Shown one piece after another: positions 1 to 13,123 of a stretch of 64,000 nucleotides of DNA (position 1 is its first letter; the number at the start of each line of letters is the position of its first letter). A model generated the notes under the pieces. It saw only the letters and a program-made list of their open reading frames with translations. It was not told the DNA's origin and searched no databases. Source of the stretch: Paramecium tetraurelia (Eukaryota); NCBI GenBank assembly GCA_000165425.1, contig CT868054.1:62001-126000 (forward strand). Direction: 5' to 3'. The position numbers and the translations under genes are program-made.

Positions 1-1800
1 AACCTTAAATGTTCCCAGAATGTAGGTCATTTAGAAGATGTTATTGAGTATTGAAACTTTGACTAGATTTGATAAATTTAATTTGTTGAAGTTAGTAAGC
101 ACAAAACTCAAGGATTTGTCATCCAAGGTTGAAATGCAATAAGCATCATCAGTGTAGTTGAGAATGGCAGCAGAATAGTCTTTTGATTCGCACAAATAAT
201 GTGTATCTTTCGTCATCATTATTGATCTTTCTTCCATTTGGTTGTCATCCTTGATCAATAGGACATTCATCAGATGTTGTCGAATAGCATTTCCACTGAC
301 CGAACATTGCTTAACAAATTTTTATTAGTCTTAGGAGATAACTTCCACGACATTAATTCCATTCTACTAAATGAATTCTTGTTTCCATCGTTGAATGTCC
401 ACAGCCTTGGAATGATAATGAATTAGTTCGAACAGATCATTGGTGGTGGCATTTGTCCATTTAAATTTCTCCAAGTATTGTTTGACAATTTCAATGAACT
501 TATCGAAACCAATCAATGTTACCAAAGATGAAAGCACAGCTGAACCCTTGTTATAAGTAATGGAATCAAAGGCTTACAACCCCTGGTTTGCATCTTCGAT
601 CTTCATTTCAATTGGATGTGAATTAGTATTGATATCTAAGTTGACTCCATTCTATTTGTATAAGAGATAATGTATTTTTGGGTCATAAAACTTATAGGTA
701 ATGAAGGGTTCCTTCTTAGATACTAATTGTAATGCCTGGTATGAGATATATACAGCAAAGGCTTCATTGAGCCACAGGTCGTTCCACCATTTCATTGTAA
801 CTAAATTGCCAAACCACATGTGTGAGAGTTCGTGTAACAAGAGGAGGAACAGTTTTGTCAATAAGGTGGAGTCGAATTTGTTCTGGATCATATTTTTGGA
901 AATCAGGACTGCTCCAGGGTGTTCCATTCCTGAGAAGTAGAAGGAACAGAATATCAGATCATATTTTTCAAATGGGAAGGGGATACCGAACAAGGATTCG
1001 TAATATTTGAAGCCTTCCTCTATGCATTGTTTGATCAGAGTGGTGGAACTTAGATAATGGGGATGTGTTACTTCAGACAGGCCATGTATTTTTCTTATTC
1101 TGAGTAGAGATTCATTTGGAGACCTGAATGCAACTCGTTGGAGATCTTCTTCCATTAGCCCATGTTGATGCTGAAGAGGTAGAGACTGATTTTGGGAGTG
1201 GTTGCGAAGTTCCATTGGTTTTGAGTTTCGGAGCATTGTTCAATCAAAATTGGATTCATGTTTGAAACAGCCAGCCATTCTTTGGGACATGTCAATTACA
1301 ATTTGATCTTAGCCTTGATGTCTGGTTAATCAAAGCAGGGAAAACACTTATGATTAGAATGTTCATACCGAATGACAATAATTAGGACAAAACAAAGAGA
1401 TGATATACGTAGCCTAATTTTAGGTGTATTTAATTAGTCCGAATTCGCTCTCTGAAAATCCGACAGTGAAAGTTATCATAATGCAGTTTTCACCTTTGAT
1501 GGTATTGATGGATAATTAATGTTTCCTCCAATTCTGAGCAATTTCCTCCAAAGTCCATTCATTATTATTCACCTTTACACTTGTGAGTTATTACCCGCAA
1601 AAGTCAATCTGAATGTGATTACTCGAACAAGTGAAGTTTATCAAAATCATTCCCATTATTATGTCATTCTAGACTACCAAGTCCAAAGAATATTGACAAT
1701 TATCCACGTCCATCCTTCTCTGTTCAGCCTGATCTCTACTAAGCAAGGCATATTTGATCTGTTTTTCATCATTCCGTATGCCATCCTACTCCAATTACAT
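1..1800 (-). CDS. M1-family zinc aminopeptidase N (runs off left edge)
   Basis: HELSHMWFGNLVTMKWWNDLWLNE (HExxH-x18-E), SGMEHPG (GAMEN-like), FDSITYNKGSAVL; ATG at 1800; small intron ~1346-1367. Confidence 0.93.
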
Positions 1801-1919
1801 TTTAGTAATAAATTTATATTTAAATATCCTCTTCGATTATAATATTGCCCCCCAAGTCATATATATCATTACAACCATTTACTCTCATTATATTTTATAT
1901 ATTCAATATATTTTCTACA

Positions 1920-3030
1920 ATGCAAGATCAGTAGAGCATGCTTTCAGTCTACAATAACCCTTGGAATAAGTTGAATACCACCTAGTAAAAAGGATACCTC
2001 CTGGCCAAATCAATTGATCAACACCCTGAATTCAAGACAGAAATCCTGGATGCTCTCGGCCAATAATAGACCAAAAACATCTTCAAAGATCCGATAAGTA
2101 TGCAATTGTGCAAGTATGACTCAACCATTGGTCCGAAATTAGAGAACAATAAGATTGTTATCCGATCCATTGTAGGTAAACCAGACATTTTCAAAAGGAA
2201 ATTGAGTTTATTGACTGGATAAGATCCGAAATCAAGTAGCAGGAGAACATTCGCTAAGGGAAACACCACCAACACTTTTAGGAACAACAACAACACAATT
2301 AAAACATAACATGTCTTTACAGGCGAAGAGTTATTGGCTAAAGTTAATTTGATAGAGAAACACTTGTTCGAATCCAGATTGAAGGAAGATCAGGAAATCA
2401 TGAATATGCCTTTCCAAAAAAAATAGATTTTGTTGAAGGAAACTAGAGCCCTCGAAGAATACTTAAAATTGGAAAAGGAATAAAGCAATTTGTTGATGGG
2501 AGTGACCAAATAAGCCAACAAAGATCCGAGCAAATCTGTGATGATAGATTGCTACAGATTTCGTAGAAAATAGGAATACTCTATTACAAATGATTCTTTA
2601 AATAGAAATAACGATGATAGGACAATGAAGATATTGTAATTAACAATCTTTAATTAGGGAAATAGATGACGATAGTGGTTATCCCTTATTTTTGATGTCG
2701 CAGAATGATTAAGTAATACGAAAACCCAGTATCATCAATCAAGATGAAACTACACAGTCCATATTGAAGTAAATGAATGACGAGCCAGTCTATCGAAGTT
2801 TCTCGAGCAAAGATTACTTGAAATCTCGATCCAATAGATACACTAAGATAGCAACTGAGAAAATCAACATAAATATTGATAGTTTGCTCGTCTAAGGATA
2901 AAGCAAATTGGATCAAGAAGTCAAGTTCGATATCAATGGGAAATATATACTCCAGCCTATTGAAAAAGGGAATGAAGATGAAACGATTACTGAGAACTAT
3001 TCAGGTTAGTATAAAATAAATTATAAATGA
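1920..3030 (+). CDS. Hypothetical protein (weak resemblance to MYCBP-associated protein N-terminal region)
   Basis: Open under code 6 from ATG 1920 to TGA 3028-3030 with one 22-nt intron (~2636-2657). Confidence 0.7.
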
Positions 3031-3099
3031 ATTTGTTCAAACATTTGCACTTTTTTAATATCTTAAATTAAATTGAAAAATAAGTTAATTTATAAATAA

Positions 3100-3972
3100 T
3101 CAATTAAACCATGCACGTTTCTTTTTTGACCTTCCACAATCCTCTCATTCGATCTTAAATCGTTCCCACACTTCTTATTCAAATGTTTCCTTGCTTCCAC
3201 CAATTAAGAATTAGTGCTCCAATACTTAATCAATTGTCATTCTCTTTGCAGGATCTGGCTCCAACATCCCTTAGATAAGTAAGCGGAATTCAGCATTGCA
3301 TCTGTTATTTTTGTCGACTGTCAACCAATATTTAGTCCATTAATTGCTGTTAATCAGTCTCCAATAAGGACAAGCTTTAGTGCTTGATCTGAAGGGAGGA
3401 TGGGCAAAGGCCAACAAAAAGAGACACACTCCCAATGAAAACACTTCTGTGATAGGTAATGCCTCGGTGTTTATCAAACCTGGGTGTTACAACTCTGGAG
3501 CCAAATATCCAAGAGTGCCAGAGGATCTTTAAACAAATCCTCCTTGGATTGACTCAGCAAATCCGAAGTCGCAAACCTTGATTTCCAATTGTTTATCCAA
3601 CAGTATGTTTTCTAATTTGATGTCTCTGTGTACAAAACCCAATTTATGAACACAGTGGATTGCTGCGGTTAATTTTTAAATAATGTATTTAATAGAAACA
3701 AATTAGAATGGTTTCTATCCTTTGGCCAAAATGTCAAAGAGATCCATTTTCTCTAAGAGCTCTGTTACCATAAACCTTTCTTAAGGATTTCCATCCACCA
3801 AGTGAACAATGTTGTTATGCTTGATTTAAGAAAGGATATGAATTTCTTTTTCGATTTGTTGAGTGGAGCACTATTTGTTGAACATTTTGATCGCATATTC
3901 CTGATCCTTGATCTACACCTTTCTAACTTCACAAGTTAATCCAAAACCTAAGATTTCTTTTGAGATGTTCAT
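3100..3972 (-). CDS. Ser/Thr protein kinase (minimal, no intron detected)
   Basis: LGFGLTCEV, YAIK, HRDIKLEN, CDFGF, GTLGYLAPE. Confidence 0.92.
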
Positions 3973-4115
3973 CACTTAAATTTATAGTATAAGTTTATTA
4001 ATTTTAAATTTTTAAATAAAAATCCAATTTGCTTTGATCGGGAATTACTAAATTCTTTTATAAATCCTATCAGAAAATATATTTTATCAGAATAATTTAA
4101 TAGAATTCATAACAA

Positions 4116-4995
4116 TCAATGCATAAAATGCGCAAAAGTCTAAATTTCTAGGAACAAGTTGCCTTCTCTTCTATCACGGCCTAAGCCGTAGCCTTGTGTG
4201 TATTTCCTACATCTCTTGTATGTACTCCATTTCATTTACGTTCTCAATGCTATTAAGAACTTCATCCAAAGTCAATCTCTTCTTTGGGTCGATTTGAATC
4301 ATTCCTTGGATTAATTCCATACAAAAAGGAGGTACCTTCTTGTTCTTGTTCTTTTATGAATAGTACCAAAACTCGCCCCATTTGTTTTATAATAACAATC
4401 TGTAATAAGGGCATGACTTATCAGTAGTCTTGAAGGGAAAGACTCCGAAAAGTAAAATGTAATACAGAACACCCAATGAAAAGATATCACATTCTTACAA
4501 ATCTAATGCATCTATTGAACCTATTGAATTAATTTCAGGTGCCATGTAGATATCTGTTCCAATCATCTTTGAAACCTTTCCCTCATCCAAACTTTAACTT
4601 GCATTAAAGTCACAGATTTTGACTTGGAAATTCAATTCATCAACCAATACATTTTCTAGTTTAATATCTCTATGAGCAATTCTTAATTGATGCATGTACT
4701 TCAAAGCACCTGCCAATTATTTTAAAATGCAATTTGAAGCATTTACTGACATTGATCCTGCAGTTTAAACGAATTCGAACAAGTCGAACGGAATCATTAA
4801 CTCTGTCACTATGAAGTTTTCATTTCCAATAATAAACTTCACTATGTTTGGATGGTTCAACATTCCATGAATTGTGTACTCTTTTTATCCAGCCTTCTTC
4901 TTGAATTGCTTTATGGCAAACATATTCTCTCCAATTTTGATTTACTTAACCACTGAAACAGCTCCCTCACCTAATTTTATATCCAAAACTTACAT
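4116..4995 (-). CDS. Ser/Thr protein kinase, DFN variant; tandem with previous kinase
   Basis: LGEGAVSVV, FAIK, HRDIKLEN, CDFNAS, GTDIYMAPE. Confidence 0.9.
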
Positions 4996-5131
4996 TTAGA
5001 TTTATATATATAATAATTATCAATGCATTTTGTTTTATAAATAATAATGCAAAATTCTTTCATAAAAATTTTTCGGTTTCATTATTTTATTATTATATTT
5101 AATTTTAAATATGAAGCCATCAATTATTAAA

Positions 5132-5845
5132 TCATTAATCTTTCTCCTAATCTTGGGCATACTCCTCTACTATCCCCTCTTCGTCCTCCTAATACACAAC
5201 TTATGGCTGCTCCACTGGATGTTACTACTTCAACTGATTTCTAACTAGCATCCCCTTGGCACTTGCTTATATTTTAATTATTTTCTCCATGTCCTTCTCA
5301 TCCTATAATAGATATCACTACATTCTTTACAAAGTGAGGCTAAAAAAATGCATTGTTAGCTTCGATCTTTCCAGTCTCGATATCCTCAATGTCTTATTCC
5401 ACTTTTTAATAAAGTTCGTTAATATAATCCTTTGCTGCCTTCTTCTCTTCAGGATGACTAGCCTATGAGCCTGCTGACTATTGTCTCGTCCTGTGAGAGG
5501 AGCCAGAAGCCTGCTTCTATGGAGCTGAGGCCTTCCTTTCAATCTCATTCCTCTAATTGGAAGTCTCAACAACTTTCTTAGCTTGTTCAATTGAATTAAT
5601 TGGCTTAGGAGGTAGATGTGATCTTCCTGGAGCCTATCCTTATGCAATATTGAATTTGCTCTCAAATTTAAATTCCTTCCCATCTCTCATACATTCGAAA
5701 TAATCTACACCATATTTTATTATGTCTTCTGGTTAATCCCTCAAGACCTTTATTAAGTGATCAACTCTACTTCTCTTGTAAAATCATGTAAAATTTAGTT
5801 GAATCCCTCAGGAACTGGGTACTTTTGTAAATACTTAGAAGCCAT
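5132..5845 (-). CDS. RIIa (PKA dimerisation/docking) domain + IQ motif protein, SPA17-like architecture
   Basis: N-term VPEGFNQILHDFTREVLRDQPEDIIKYGVDYF after removing a 23-nt intron; C-term IIKIQASAKGMLVRN. Confidence 0.8.
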
Positions 5846-6530
5846 TTCTTCTATTGTTTATAAGACTTTTCTTAAAAATATTTTATTTTATTATTAATCA
5901 TCCCCTCTATCATAAAAGAAATGATACTATCTGGCATAAAACTAACTGATATGAGTATCCTCAATTTTTATTCATCAAGATTGACTTATAGATTGAATAT
6001 TAATTCAACAAATGACAATTTCGTATATTAAGATTCACTATTATACCTTGGAATCTAACAATTTTCATAATAGCAATACAATATTATAATATAATAAACA
6101 AATAAGTTATTTGGTACTCAAGGCCAAAAATATTTTTAGTATATCTTATTGATATCTTATTATTAATATTGATAGATTACTCCCCCTTTTATGATTTCTT
6201 ACATAAATTCTCTAGCTTCATTATGTTTACTCTCTAAATCATCTTAGTCATTCCTCGTTATATACAATTTGATACTCTTGATTTATATTATTTTAATATC
6301 AAATTATTTATAAAGTAAAATTTATAATGAATTTTTTAAGGTTAAGAATTATATTTCATGCTTACCTTGATTTCATAAAGCATTACAAATTGTGAAATGA
6401 CGCTAAATTTATTTTTTTCAATTACTTATACTTAATTTGAAATTGTATTTGTTTGAATAATAATTATAGTTGTTCAAATAATAATAAATTTGAATTATAT
6501 CTCAAATTTCTTATTTCATTTTACTTTACA

Positions 6531-7058
6531 ATGTAGTTTAGGTCTGATTCATTTAGCTAGATTGATAATTTGATATGTTCATATCTCTTGAAATTTTGTT
6601 TTTAAATAGATTATCCATCCTAAAATTAGGGAACTTCTCTGACTCAAGCATTCATAAATTATTTGATAATTATAATAACTTAATAATGGGTGATTATTAT
6701 TTAGAATTTCTGCAACAATACCTCCACAATGTGAATTTAAGGAAAAAGGTATGATGTGTGAGTATAGATAGGTGAAAGAACTATTGAAAGAAAAGGGTGA
6801 GATCTAATAAAAATTGGAGATGCTAGAAGTAATTTGAAGTGAGATTAAAATAGAAGGAGGGTAACAATCATTCTTTTGAGGAAAGAAAGAAAAGATTGAG
6901 GAGTTTGGCAAGTGAAATCTAACGCAATTTTGAATGTCCTATAACAAAGTGTGGTAAGAAATATGGGTATGATACAATTCCATTTGTGTAATAGAAGCGA
7001 AGGTTCCTTGAATTAGCATATCAAACTTAAGCATCCTGAATTAGTTAATAAGAGTTGA
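6531..7058 (+). CDS. Small C2H2 zinc-finger protein (5' exon structure uncertain)
   Basis: FECPITKCGKKYGSEGSLNQHIKLKH after splicing; several tiny introns. Confidence 0.75.
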
Positions 7059-7077
7059 TAATTAATATAATATATTA

Positions 7078-8997
7078 ATGAATTAATAATTCTTGGTTGT
7101 GGAGGCTAGTCTAATCGATCGTTTATTTGATAAGGCTGAAATTTTGAGTAGAGGTAACGATTTGATTCATGGAATAAGTTCTATCATATACAGAATGACA
7201 ACAAATAAAAAAAATAAATGGCTTAAACTTTTTGATAAAGGAGGCAATTATGCATTGCAAATATATGAGAACATTAACCGGCAAGTTTTTGAGACTAAAG
7301 TGCTTCAATTATAAAAGGCCATGACTCTCCATTTGAATCCTTATTCAACTAGAATTATTTTAATTGCAAAGGAACAGCTAAATTACACAAAATTTAATCT
7401 GCACGTTGTCTACGAACTTCAACACGTGGATCTGGACTCGAAGAGCATTAAAGAATAAAGAGAAGGCCTGAACTAAAAGGAAGCAGTAGCCTTATTGAGT
7501 CTTTTATGTCAAAATTACGTTTTGGGTGCTTAATATACTAATGAATTCTTAGATATAAGTCCATAAAATATTTTTAGAAATGGAAATTCTTATATCGTTT
7601 CTAATTTCGGAATCAATTTTGCTGGAACCAAATTTGATAGAATTTATTTGCCTAAAACTGATCCGATATACCAAGAGAAGGTGCCATCCTAAAAAAATAT
7701 TTTGTATTCGTATGCCTTTAGAGCAGCCTTAGTGACTTTATGCCAGATGACCTAGATAGATCCTCTGGATTTATTTTATTTAGATGGATAATTTAAATCG
7801 GAATTATTAGACAATTTATTGTATCTTATAACAAAAAAGGAAGACAATGATAAAAAGAAAGACAAAAGATTTATTAGATCAATTGATAAATTTTTTAATG
7901 AGAAATTAATTCACACAAAAGGACAAGATTATAATGAATAATTAAAGAAAAACTTTGGAAAGTCTTTCGAATATGAAAGATCTGATAGAATTCTCAAGTA
8001 CAAATACAATAAAGAATTCATCGACATTTTCAAGAAACTACTTAATGTTACACACATATAATCTAGAGCAATTTTTCCGCTTTTGGTCTCACAACCTGAT
8101 AATAGATTAGGTGTCTAAAATTCCTATGATGAACAATTTTATTATTTAAACAACTATATGAATGGTACATTTGACAATAAAGTGTTGGATGGATGTGGAA
8201 TTGTATCATCTGATCAAGAGGGGTAAGGTAAAAATAAAGGAAGGATTACTCAAAAATGCGGATAGTTTTCGAAAGGAAAAGAGTTTGGGGAATATAACAT
8301 AATCAACATACACAAGAAATTCGAATGCACATTGTACAATTTGTAATGTGGCTTAACATTTCGTTATGTCAATTGGGAAATGCTATATTTGGTTGAGGAT
8401 GTCGTAGCCCCCATAAATCCAATAGATAAGTCACCAAAGGAATCAATTTATATTTTCTAAGGAACAATTGAGAATGGAAATTTGAAGGAAGGACTCTCAC
8501 ATTAATTAGATAACACAATATTCAAGGGAAAATTTCAAAATAATTAACCATATGAGGGCAAAATGAATTATCAAAACTAAAACAATGATGTCTTTGAAGG
8601 GATTATGGAGGGCTTCAATAGAAAGAATGGATTATTTACAACTAAAGATTTTACTTTTGAAGGGCAATTTCAGAATGATTAATTTTTAAATGGTTTGTTA
8701 GAAGATAAGGATGGGGGAAAGTTTTATGGGCATTTTAACAACGGATTAAAAGGTAAACATTCTGATTGATTAATAGTTAAATCTGGAATCTATTATTATC
8801 CATAGTCCTCAATTTAATATTAGGGATTGTATGCTAATGATAAACGACATGGTTTAGGAAAGTTTATTGATAAATCTTAAGAAAATTGTATCCAAGAAGT
8901 TATATACAACAATGGGAAATGTGAATCCAAGCTCAATGAACATTTTTCAAAAGCCTTGAAAGAAAGGAAAACAACAAAGTTAAAAACAATAGGATGA
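7078..8997 (+). CDS. Pseudokinase-like domain + MORN-repeat protein (copy 1)
   Basis: EFLDISPQNIF...VSNFG kinase-like loops; C-term repeats such as FKGKFQN, FEGQFQND, YQGLYANDKRHGLG. Confidence 0.75.
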
Positions 8998-9039
8998 GGC
9001 TGGTTTTCAATCTTTATTATACATATATAATTTGTATTA

Positions 9040-10988
9040 ATGTTTTAATAATACGATTCCTTAGTAGTCGATGCAAGTTTCATTCATAGGAATTACACTT
9101 AAGTTAGTGTAATTGGAAAAGGGCATGATTTTTATCTAGGTATTAATTCGATCAGCTACTTGATGCATCACACAAAAGAAAATGGCAGATACATCTTATA
9201 AATTTACGAAAATCTAGGATATGATCTTTTCAGAACCAAGGTTTTGCATTTGCAGAAGGCCATGTTGGAATGTGTTAATGATGTCAACACTAGGATTATC
9301 TTGTTAGCTGAAAAATAATTAAATGATAAATAGTCTGATCTATATGTTCTTTATAGGTTGGATGAATTAACTGAGAGATTGGATCAATAGAAGTAATTGA
9401 CACCAGAATAAGCTAACGATCTTTTGATTACTTTCTGTAAAAACCTCCTCATTACAGGTTCGTTTTCTTCATTTATTTTTAGGTCGTGTAACTTATGAAT
9501 TTTTGGACATTGCCCCTTAGAATGTCTACGTTCATGATAACCGATTTATTATATCAAATATGGGAATTTCCTATAAAGGCTCTAAATTTCACAGACCCTA
9601 TACTGCAATCACAGATAGTTTCTATAAAGAGAAAACACTAACAAATATGATCTATACATATTCATTTTAAGCTGGCTTAGTAGTTTTATGCGCTATTACT
9701 AAAATTAATTCAGCGGAATTCTTTTTCGAAGATGGCTAATTGAAAGCTAACTTACTACACGATGTTTTAAAAGCATTCAAAGAAAAATTGACAGAGCCAT
9801 AAAAAGAAAAACTGAAGAAGAAGTTTACTTCATTGGCTAAAATAGATAAACCATTTGATGCTGATATCTCAAAAATCATACCCTTTCTATTCTAAATATT
9901 ATCAATGGATCAATAGAAAAGATCCATATTTTCATTATTAATATGTCATCCAGAAAATCCACTTAAAGTAGAGAATCCATTTTTCCAGCAATCCCTTGAA
10001 GTTGAATAGCAATACGTTGGATTTGGAAAGTTGGAAGGAATGAAAATTATCCCTGAAGGATATGGATATGGAATGTTCGGGAATGAATATCATTATGGAA
10101 TGTTCTAAAATGGTACTTTAACAGATGATGGTACTGTTGAGATTAAACAAAATAATAGAATTATTTATTTGCTCAAAAATTTAGTGATTTCTGAGAAATA
10201 CTAATAGGCAATAGCTGAGGTTAATAAGTATATATTTTGGGGTGAATTTGATAATAAATAATATAAACCAAATGGAGATGGTGTTTTGGTTAGTGTTTAT
10301 ACGACTTAAAAGTACATACCAAAAAAGAAGCAGTCTATTTGTTTTATAGGAAATCTTAAAATGGGAATTAAGGACAATGGTCAAGAATATTATAAAAATA
10401 AAACTGAATTTGATGGAGATTTTGAAAATAATTAGCCTGTTAGTGGTAGAATAATTTATGGGCCAAAGCATAAATTTGAAGGAATCATTTAGGATTACCA
10501 AAGGAAAAAAGGTATTTTGGTTTACAATAATAAAATCTTTGAGGGAGATTTTGAAAATGATAGAGTCAAGGCGGGAAAGTTAAATTATGCAGATGGAAGT
10601 TCATATGATGGTTAATTTAAGAATGGATTAAAATGTATGAAATATAAATAGACTAGGTTGTTAGGATGGCAAGTTCATATTTTGGAATACCAAATTAGAG
10701 TATTCTGGAGGATTTGTAGATGATAAGATGCATGGAAAGGGTATCTTGACTATATTGGAGACAAATGAATAATTGGAAGTTGAATACTCTTAGGGGAAAT
10801 GTTTAACAGAACTTCCAGAGGCTTTCAAGTTGCTAACGAAGAAGAAATAGCTGTTGGAAGTGAAAAAATAGGATGAAAATAAGCCAAAGAAGGGCAAGTA
10901 GAAACAAAATGATGATGAAGAAATAGAGGAGGATATCTAGGATGATCTTGGAGATGAAGGAAATGATTATAATGATGATGAAGGTTGA
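9040..10988 (+). CDS. Pseudokinase-like domain + MORN-repeat protein (copy 2), acidic tail
   Basis: EFLDIAPQNVY...ISNMG; YADGSSYDGQFKNG, YSGGFVDDKMHGKG; introns ~9458-9482 and ~10635. Confidence 0.78.
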
Positions 10989-11007
10989 ATTTATAAGATT
11001 AATTTTA

Positions 11008-11449
11008 ATGATAAATAAGTAAACAGAATAAATATTCTCATAATTAAAAGGAGCATTTGTGTGGGTGGAGAGGATGAGGAAGAAGAAGCCAATCACTTGT
11101 AAATTAAGGAATTGCTATACTGTCTGAATATTGATGTTACTAATGAAGAGATTGAAGCTTTGAATGAATAGACCAATCCTGAAGGAGAACAAGACATTCA
11201 ATATGAGAAATTATACAAATTGTTTAGGAATGATTAACAACAAGATTAACTGGAGGTATAGGAGGCATATAGTTTGTTATCAGGATGAAATAGAATAGAA
11301 GTAAGAGAATTAGCTATACATTTATGACAAAAAGTATAGAACCAATGTATACTGAATTTAATAACGAAGATTAAACAATTTATAACACAATTGAATAGTC
11401 TCCAAGCTATAAGCAAGGTTATTTGGATTTCGAGGAATATGTGAATTGA
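11008..11449 (+). pseudogene. Degenerate calmodulin/EF-hand-like gene, apparently disrupted
   Basis: IKELLYCLNIDVTNEEIEAL...IQYEKLYKLF...VQEAYSLL, then in-frame TGA ~11286 and a frame change before GYLDFEEYVN*. Confidence 0.45.
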
Positions 11450-11510
11450 GGTTGATAGTTATAAATAAATTAAATGTAAAAAACAAATATAAAATCTGTT
11501 ACGGCTCGAA

Positions 11511-13005
11511 ATGAGTAGGCGAAAGCTAAACTCACGAAGTATGAATGAATTTGAATCATTAGAGAATAATTTCTTACTCTAGCTAAAATGTGTTAGAGTA
11601 CGAGCACGCAATAATTGCTGAGTAAGAAATTGCCATCCTAATAAAAACCTGTTCTGGCAAGTTAATTGAATATTACTCCAAGAAACAATACTCCCAAAAG
11701 TTGTAGAACTGCATAGGAAGTACAATCATTAGTTTAATGATAGATGAAATATTTTCTTTATTAAAAGAATCTAGTTAAGGACCCAATTAACAAGCCCCAG
11801 AATCATTCTTAATTGCTTCCTAAGACCAAGAATAGTTTGCATCGAAATTTCTCTTAGTTGGAAAAATCATCAAACAGCCAACAAAACAACGGATAATCGA
11901 CAGCACCAAACACAGTAAAAAAAAAATACAACTTGCTTTCAACTGACTCTGCAAATAAGTCGGATCAACGGTTCTCTTCTGTTCAATTTGCATAACAAAT
12001 AGCCCAACAATTAAAGAAGAAGTATGAACCACTATAACCATAACAAAAGAAGGAAAATTTACATGTGAGCTTGGATGATTTCGTCACATAAATCAATCGA
12101 CCTCAGTCCATAATATCTCCCTTCAAATAAACTAAGTCATTATCCCCTTCTACAAGGGTCAACATTGCTCCTTCTAAAAGTACTCATTCATTTTACCATT
12201 TAGAATCCCTTTATTACGTTTCATCCTTAGTCGAATCCTTCAGACACATTTTACCTTAAAATCAAGAACAATAACTATTTCGAGATCACGCTGTCTAGAC
12301 ATTCAATTGTATTTCGTTCTGTGTGAAATTGCAAGAACCAACAAAAATGATTTTGGAACAAAAACGAATGGAAATTCCAATGAAATCACATTATAAATGT
12401 AAAATCAATTCTCTAAACTTGTAGTCAAGAAAACCGTTGTATTCGATCTAGATGAAACCCTCATACATTGCAATGAGAATCAAAATCTTAAGGCAGACAT
12501 CTATTTGCCAATCACATTCCCCTCTGGAGACACAGCCCAAGCTGGCATCAACATTCGTCCTTTTGCCAAATGGATCTTGCAAGAATTGAGCCAACTGTGC
12601 GAAGTGATAGTTTTCACAGCCTCTCACCAGTGCTATGCCAGTCAGGTTATTAAATACCTGGATCCACATTCCACTCTCCTATAGGGTTAATTGTTTAGGG
12701 ATCGATGTGTGCTGTCCCCAGATGGAGTGCATATCAAGGACTTGAGAGTTTTGAATAGAGATCTCAAGGACATAGTTTTGATTGACAATGCTGCTTATAG
12801 TTTTGGAGTTCATTTGGAGAACGGAATCCCAATAATTCCATATTATGATAACAAGGAGGACAAAGAATTGAAGATGCTGTATGAATTCTTGGTTGACCAG
12901 GTGTTGCCGGCACCAGACTGTAGAATAGTGTTGCAATCGGTGTTCAGATTAAGAGAGTATTTCAACTACGGAGAACCAAAATAAGCAATAGAGAAATTAT
13001 ATTGA
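11511..13005 (+). CDS. FCP1/SCP (NLI-interacting factor) HAD phosphatase
   Basis: VFDLDETLIHC, IRPFA, VFTAS, LFRDRC, IKDLRVLNRDL, LIDN; intron ~12399-12424. Confidence 0.93.
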
Positions 13006-13123
13006 TTTTATATATAGTTTAATGATTTACATTTAACAGGGAATTCGCGAATTGCGAATATCTGAGCATTTTTGGTATACAATAGTAGGAAATTAAAATA
13101 ATTATTAATTTTTACCACAATTA

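Noticed and set aside
7526..7552. GT..AG 27-mer as an intron in MORN gene copy 1
   Set aside because: It reads in frame and aligns with coding sequence (EFLD) of the paralogue.
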